Of a stretch of 64,000 nucleotides of DNA, positions 58,396 through 64,000 are shown piece after piece. The notes under the pieces were generated by a model. It worked only from the letters and a program-made list of their open reading frames with translations, did no database searches and was not told where the DNA came from. The translations under genes were made by a program, and so were the position numbers. The stretch lies in assembly GCF_009914755.1 (NCBI RefSeq), contig NC_060930.1. One strand, given 5' to 3'. Each line of letters opens with the position of its first letter. Position 1 is the first letter of the stretch. This stretch comes from the human T2T-CHM13v2.0 reference genome, Homo sapiens.

Positions 58396-58693
58396 GTAAG
58401 TTTTCTTTTCTTTATTCCATCTTCGAAGAAGCTGTGTTTAATAAGCCTGGAATAATTCTAAACATGTCTTTGTAGTGCATTTTCCTGCCTCTCTCTTTGT
58501 CATGACACCTTTGAATCATTTAGTTACGAGCTTATGAAGTGTTTTACTGAAAATTCCAGAGCATTCGTTAATTAAATGTCATATATCACCACAATTATTT
58601 TTTTTTCTCATTTAGTGATGCTGAAGTTCACATTTTTTTGGAAGTAATGCTGTTGAAGAATTTTTTTCTTCATTTAAAAACATTAGCTTACAG

Positions 58694-58998
58694 GGACCAG
58701 GCATGGTGGCTCACACCTGTAATCCCAGCACTTTGGGAGGCTGAGGCAGGCAGATCACGAGGTCAGGAGATCGAGACCAGCCTGGCCAACATGGTGAAAC
58801 CCCATCTCTACTAAAAATACAAAAATTAGCCAAGCATGGTGGCACTTGCCTGTAGTCCCAGGTACTCAGGAGGCTGAGGCAGGAGAAGTGCTTGAACCCT
58901 GGAGGCGGAGGTTGTGGTGAGCCGAGATTACACCACTGCACTCCAGCCTGGGCGACAGTGTGAGTCTCCGTATCAAACAATAACAACAACAACAAAAA
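58694..58998 (+). mobile_element. Alu (AluS-like) with (AAC)n tail
   Basis: TSD cattagcttacagg. Confidence 0.93.
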
Positions 58999-60218
58999 CC
59001 CATTAGCTTACAGGTTAAAATTGCCTGGTAAGGAAGATTGGGCACATTAACTGAACTTTCTCATTATTATTATTGTTACTGGGAAGACTGATGGTTATAG
59101 GTTACAATTGAAAGGGAGTATTGGGATAAACCTGAGCACTCGTCTATTCCGTGAATAAAATAGGGAGAAGAGTGGTCAACATATAACCTGGGGCCATTTC
59201 TTCGGAGTTTGAATATGAAGGCAAAAACTACTCTCTCAATTATAATAAAATTTTTAATGTAACTGAATCAATAATGTAATATTTGGCAGATCTTTGACAC
59301 AGTGGATTAGGTATTATCTCATTTCCATATGTGGCAAATGATCCCCTCTAGTCACCAAGATAGAATTGTTTCTTTAACAACATGGCCTACACCCAGCGGC
59401 CATCTTTGAATGGCCTTAATTTGCATTCCACTGCTTTGCCACAGGGCTGAAAAACACTGTGAAATTTATTCTTATTTCTCTTGTTTTGGTTTACCTGTAA
59501 GGCAGGAAGTACAAATGAAGGCCTTTTTGTATTTTTTTTTCCTTTTCCTCTCCCTTGAACTTAAAATTATTTAAATAATACTTGATTCCTGGTGTGCCAC
59601 GATTTTTCAATCCATTTTCCAGTTTCAGTTGTTACCTTCACTGACAGTTCATAAATCTGCTCCCCCCCAAAATAAAACAAGGCCAATGTGACACCACCAA
59701 AATAATACTGTGGCAAAGTAGAAGAATAGAGGGAAGGATAAAAGGAAAGGCTAAAGATTAATAAGATTCAGCTAAAATAGGAACATTAATAGTCACCTAA
59801 AACAACAAAATAGCTCAAGATTTCTTTTTCTGGCCAGGGTGGGTCCTGTTGTAGCTTGCTTCTGGGGAGTGGAACGATGAGACCTGAGTGAGAGTGGGCT
59901 GGAGGGGAGAGTGGGCGGGGAAGGCAAAAGTTCCAGGAGCCTGGCGGCAGGTGCAGGAGTTTACCTGACCCTGTGCCCTCAGGGAAAGCAGCCTAGCAGG
60001 GCCTGGCCTCTTTGGAGAAGTGTGGCCAAATAGTCTTGTCACCATTTCATGGTGATAAGAGCTCCCCCAGCTGGTAGCTGGGAGCAAAGCCACAGTAAAC
60101 TTAAAAGTCTCTTGAGACAATTTTTGCCAGGCAAACAGAGAGAGAGAGGCAGAGGATCTTCATGTGAGAGCAAAATGACTTTTCTGAATCAGAACTTTTC
60201 ATAACAACATCCATTCTA

Positions 60219-60505
60219 TGGCTGGGTGTAGTGGCTCACACTTAGAATTCCAGCACTTTTGGAGGCTAAGGCAGGTGGATCTCTGGGGTCCAGGGGTTTG
60301 TGACCAGCCTGGACAATATGTTGAAACCCTGTCTCTACAAAAAATACAAAAATTAGCTGGGCGTGGTGTCACATGCCTGTAGTCCCAGCCACTCAGGAGG
60401 TTGAAGCGGGAGGATGGCTTGATGCCGGGAAGTGGAGGTGGCGGTGAGCCGAGATCATACCACTGCACTCCAGCTTGGGCGATAGAGCCAGACCCTGTCT
60501 TAAAA

Positions 60506-60544
<39 letters not shown>

Positions 60545-60555
60545 AAAAAAATAAA
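60219..60555 (+). mobile_element. Alu (AluJ-like) with (TAAA)n tail
   Basis: full dimer plus tetranucleotide repeat 60503-60545. Confidence 0.92.
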
Positions 60556-61490
60556 TGTCATTCTGTGTGTATGGTTATTTTAAAGTGTTAAGTGTTTACA
60601 GGCTATTTTTTTGCTCTTCTGAATTCCTTGATAGGATTCTTCTGAAGCACCATATAGCCAAACTGCTACACATAGTAAATGTTTGCAAGGACGTACTCAG
60701 TATAAGCTTGTTTGTTTTTGCAAGTATCCAGTGGCATCCAGTGAAGCAGAGGAGAATTTAAGCTATTTGCCTGGTGGCAGGGAGCTTGGACTCAGCTTGT
60801 TATGGGTGGGCTCTGGCAGTTGCTACACATACAGGGTAATTCCAGAACAACATTGCTGTTGATGTTCAGTATCTCAGTTGAACTGATCTGTTGATCAGTC
60901 TCATTATTTTGATGGCCTTGAATGAGAGGACTGGGGAAGTTTAAGCATTGTGACCCCCTGAAACCAGAAGTGTCTTAGCTATTAGTGAAATTTTTAAAAA
61001 AGCACTCATATTGCTGCCAAGCCATTCTTGTTAGCTTTGAGAAGTAACTAAGGGTAGAAAAATCATTATGTCGGACAGAAGAGAGGATAGCCTGAGACCA
61101 TCCTGTGGTTCAGATTCAGATTCGTAGTTCTGCAAACACTTTCAAAAGTGATTAGCATTTTGATAGAGTGATTGCAGTTCAGGTGGTATTTTAATCTCAG
61201 GGGTTAAAATGAATTAGCACGGTTCCAAAATTGTATAATAAAAATTAAGCTATCCAGGAAAACTAAGTCATGCATAACAAAATGGGGGTTTGGTTTTCAA
61301 TATTCCATTTGGCCTTTTTTTAACTCAAACATAATTTTAACTATTCTTGGGATTTTCACTGTCAGGGAACGTAAAGGAATGACAGAAAATTCTGATAATC
61401 CCCTTGGGAAGAGCAGAGAATGATCTGAGAAATTCTGGCAACTTCCTTTTAAAACATTAACTTGCATTGTGTGTATGTGTGTGTTTCTAG

Positions 61491-61631
<141 letters not shown>

Positions 61632-61682
61632 TGAGGGGTCTCAGAAGAGCTATTTAGATGGGATGTAGGGGACCTCTAATAA

Positions 61683-61916
<234 letters not shown>

Positions 61917-63204
61917 TGAAAGAAGGCAGCCTTAAGCATTATCTATGAATATTAGTCCTTGAACATTCAAGTTTTTGTTTTATCATTTTAAGTGTAGGTT
62001 AATGTTCTTACCAATAATTCTAGCCTGCCTGCGTGAACTATGTGATAATACACTATTTCTCCTATGTGGTCAGGCAATCTGTCTTAATATGGGAAAAACC
62101 CTTTTAGAAACTTTTATAGGTATTTCTCACGGGTGAGCTTGGATGTAGGTATAAACTACTTTCAGAGAGTAAAGAGAATAGTTATCTCAAAGCTCATGCA
62201 TTTTCACTTGTAGAAGTAATCGAGGGCCAGTCTGACTACTTCACTTATACACTCCTGACTTTAATTGTTTGCAGAATAAGGCAGTAGATTAGAAGCATCA
62301 AGGATTCACAGACAGTAGCAACTTAGAATGCAAAGAGACTGCAGAGGAATTATCAGAGGAATTATGAAAAGTACATGGGTTAGATAGGTATGGAATCTGG
62401 GAATATCTAAAGAATTAATACAGTTCAACACTTAGCATTTATAATTATGACCATAAATTATAAATAATATTTTAGTTATATGATTTTAAATAACATGGGT
62501 ATTGGTTAATATTAGAAATATTTTTATTTTTGCTAGTTTTTAAAGGCCTTATATATTTAAAAGGATAACCCTCACTTATTTGGAAAATTCAGTTTTGTAG
62601 CATGCTTTATTCCATAACTGTGCCTTGCAAATCAATTACTTTGTATGTTAAAGTACTATTTTTTATTACTTCAATAGTGATTAAATCTTTACAGTAGCAA
62701 AAATATGCCACAAATACCTCCATAGATTAAAGTTAGAGAGTGTGAAGTCTGAAAATATAATGGTGGGAAAAGTTGAATTTTCCATGATAACTATATTTTG
62801 GCGAACATTTGAGAGTTTTAATTGAAACCTAGTCAACTCATATATTTGAAGCCAGCTTATAAAGCCATGCTTTGGTGGAGGAGTAATTGACTGGGGAACT
62901 AGGTTACAAGATGAAAGCACAGACTATAAAGGTTTTTGTATAATCAGCACTTTTGAGTTCAAAATACTGTGAATTCTGTGATGACTGGTCTTCAGTAGAG
63001 CTGTTAAGCTTATAGAACAGAATTGCGCTAACAAATTGTCTTGTCTTCCACATGAAAGGTTGTTATTAAACTGTTTAATACCTAATACGTTACCTAGATA
63101 TAGTTGTAGAAAGCCCTTAGTAATTTTGTTGAAATTACTGCATTTACGTTGAGGTGTGGATTGTCAGCCAGACTATTCATTCTTTTATTCACAGATAATT
63201 TCAT

Positions 63205-63560
63205 TAGTGTATCCATCAGGATAAGTTAGATTGTTCCACAGTAACAGTGACCGCTTTCCTCCAATGTCGATGGCTTTCAGCAACAGTGATTTTGTGACAT
63301 GTCCATTGTGGGCTGGCATATAACCTTCACTCCAGGAGGCAGAGCAGCCTCCTATCTAGAACATTCACAGTCATATAGCAGAGAAAAAGAGATCATGGCG
63401 GTGCACATACTGGCTCCCAAGGCTTCTCTCTGGAAGTCATACACATCATTTCTGCTCACGTCTCACTGGCCAAAGAGAGTCACATGGCCAAGCCTGCTGT
63501 CAGTAGAGGGATGAAGCATCATCCTTCTTCAAAAAGGGGCAGTGAATATTTGGAAACACT
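63205..63560. mobile_element. MaLR LTR (MLT1J/K-like)
   Basis: cacatcatttctgctcacgtctcactggccaaag..gtcacatggccaagcct. Confidence 0.7.
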
Positions 63561-63882
63561 GGAATGCTCAAAACTAAGACAGAATAGCAGGAGAAGAAAT
63601 ATATTTAGAGTAAGTTAACAGTATTTTCTCAGCAGAAAGTGAACAAGAATATACAACTTACATTGTTCCACTATATGGAAACAGAGTTGTTTGAGATTTC
63701 TTATATCACATAGTCTACCAGAATTCTCTTTCCTCTTAGTTTTATTTTTCATCTTCTCAGATATTTTGGTTGTTTAGATTTTTCTTCTCAAATAGTCTTC
63801 AATTGTCCTGTTTTAAAACTTTAAAAAAAAACCTGTCAAATATTGACAGATTTTCCCAGATCTCTATACATTAAATATTATT

Positions 63883-63972
63883 ATTATTATTATTATTTAA
63901 AGTTAGTTTTTATTTATTTATTTATTATTATTATACTTTAAGTTTTAGGGTACATGTGCACAATGAAGGGGA
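63883..63972 (-). mobile_element. Extremely 5'-truncated L1PA insertion
   Basis: ttattatactttaagttttagggtacatgtgcacaatg; 15-bp TSD acattaaatattatt (63868-63882, 63973-63987). Confidence 0.85.
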
Positions 63973-64000
63973 ACATTAAATATTATTGAATATTATGTGG

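Overview
Primate (most likely human) genomic DNA lying entirely inside one large + strand gene. Eleven GT-AG flanked coding exons splice into one continuous stop-free frame ([20 protein letters not shown]...[13 protein letters not shown]). I recognise this as CARMIL1/LRRC16A, covering the end of the PH domain, the linker and the first LRRs (probably exons 5-15; numbering is from memory). The rest is intron: about 23 Alus, L1/L2/MIR/MaLR fragments, a near full-length Tigger1 with nested insertions, Charlie1a, Tigger2a, MER58A, microsatellites and a 3'-truncated U13 snoRNA retrocopy with target-site duplications (TSDs). Almost all ORFs in the supplied track are spurious. I see no convincing wholly new biological system. 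The best leads are: (1) an antisense TATA promoter and ATG-free first exon with a strong donor in the intron after exon 8; (2) a possible 243-nt exon 6-8 circle whose frame would have no stop codon; (3) a 323-nt pure pyrimidine tract right after the exon 8 donor; (4) a UG-repeat cryptic exon architecture; (5) recurrent hairpin-plus-duplication scars. Repeat subfamily names and boundaries were judged by eye and are approximate.
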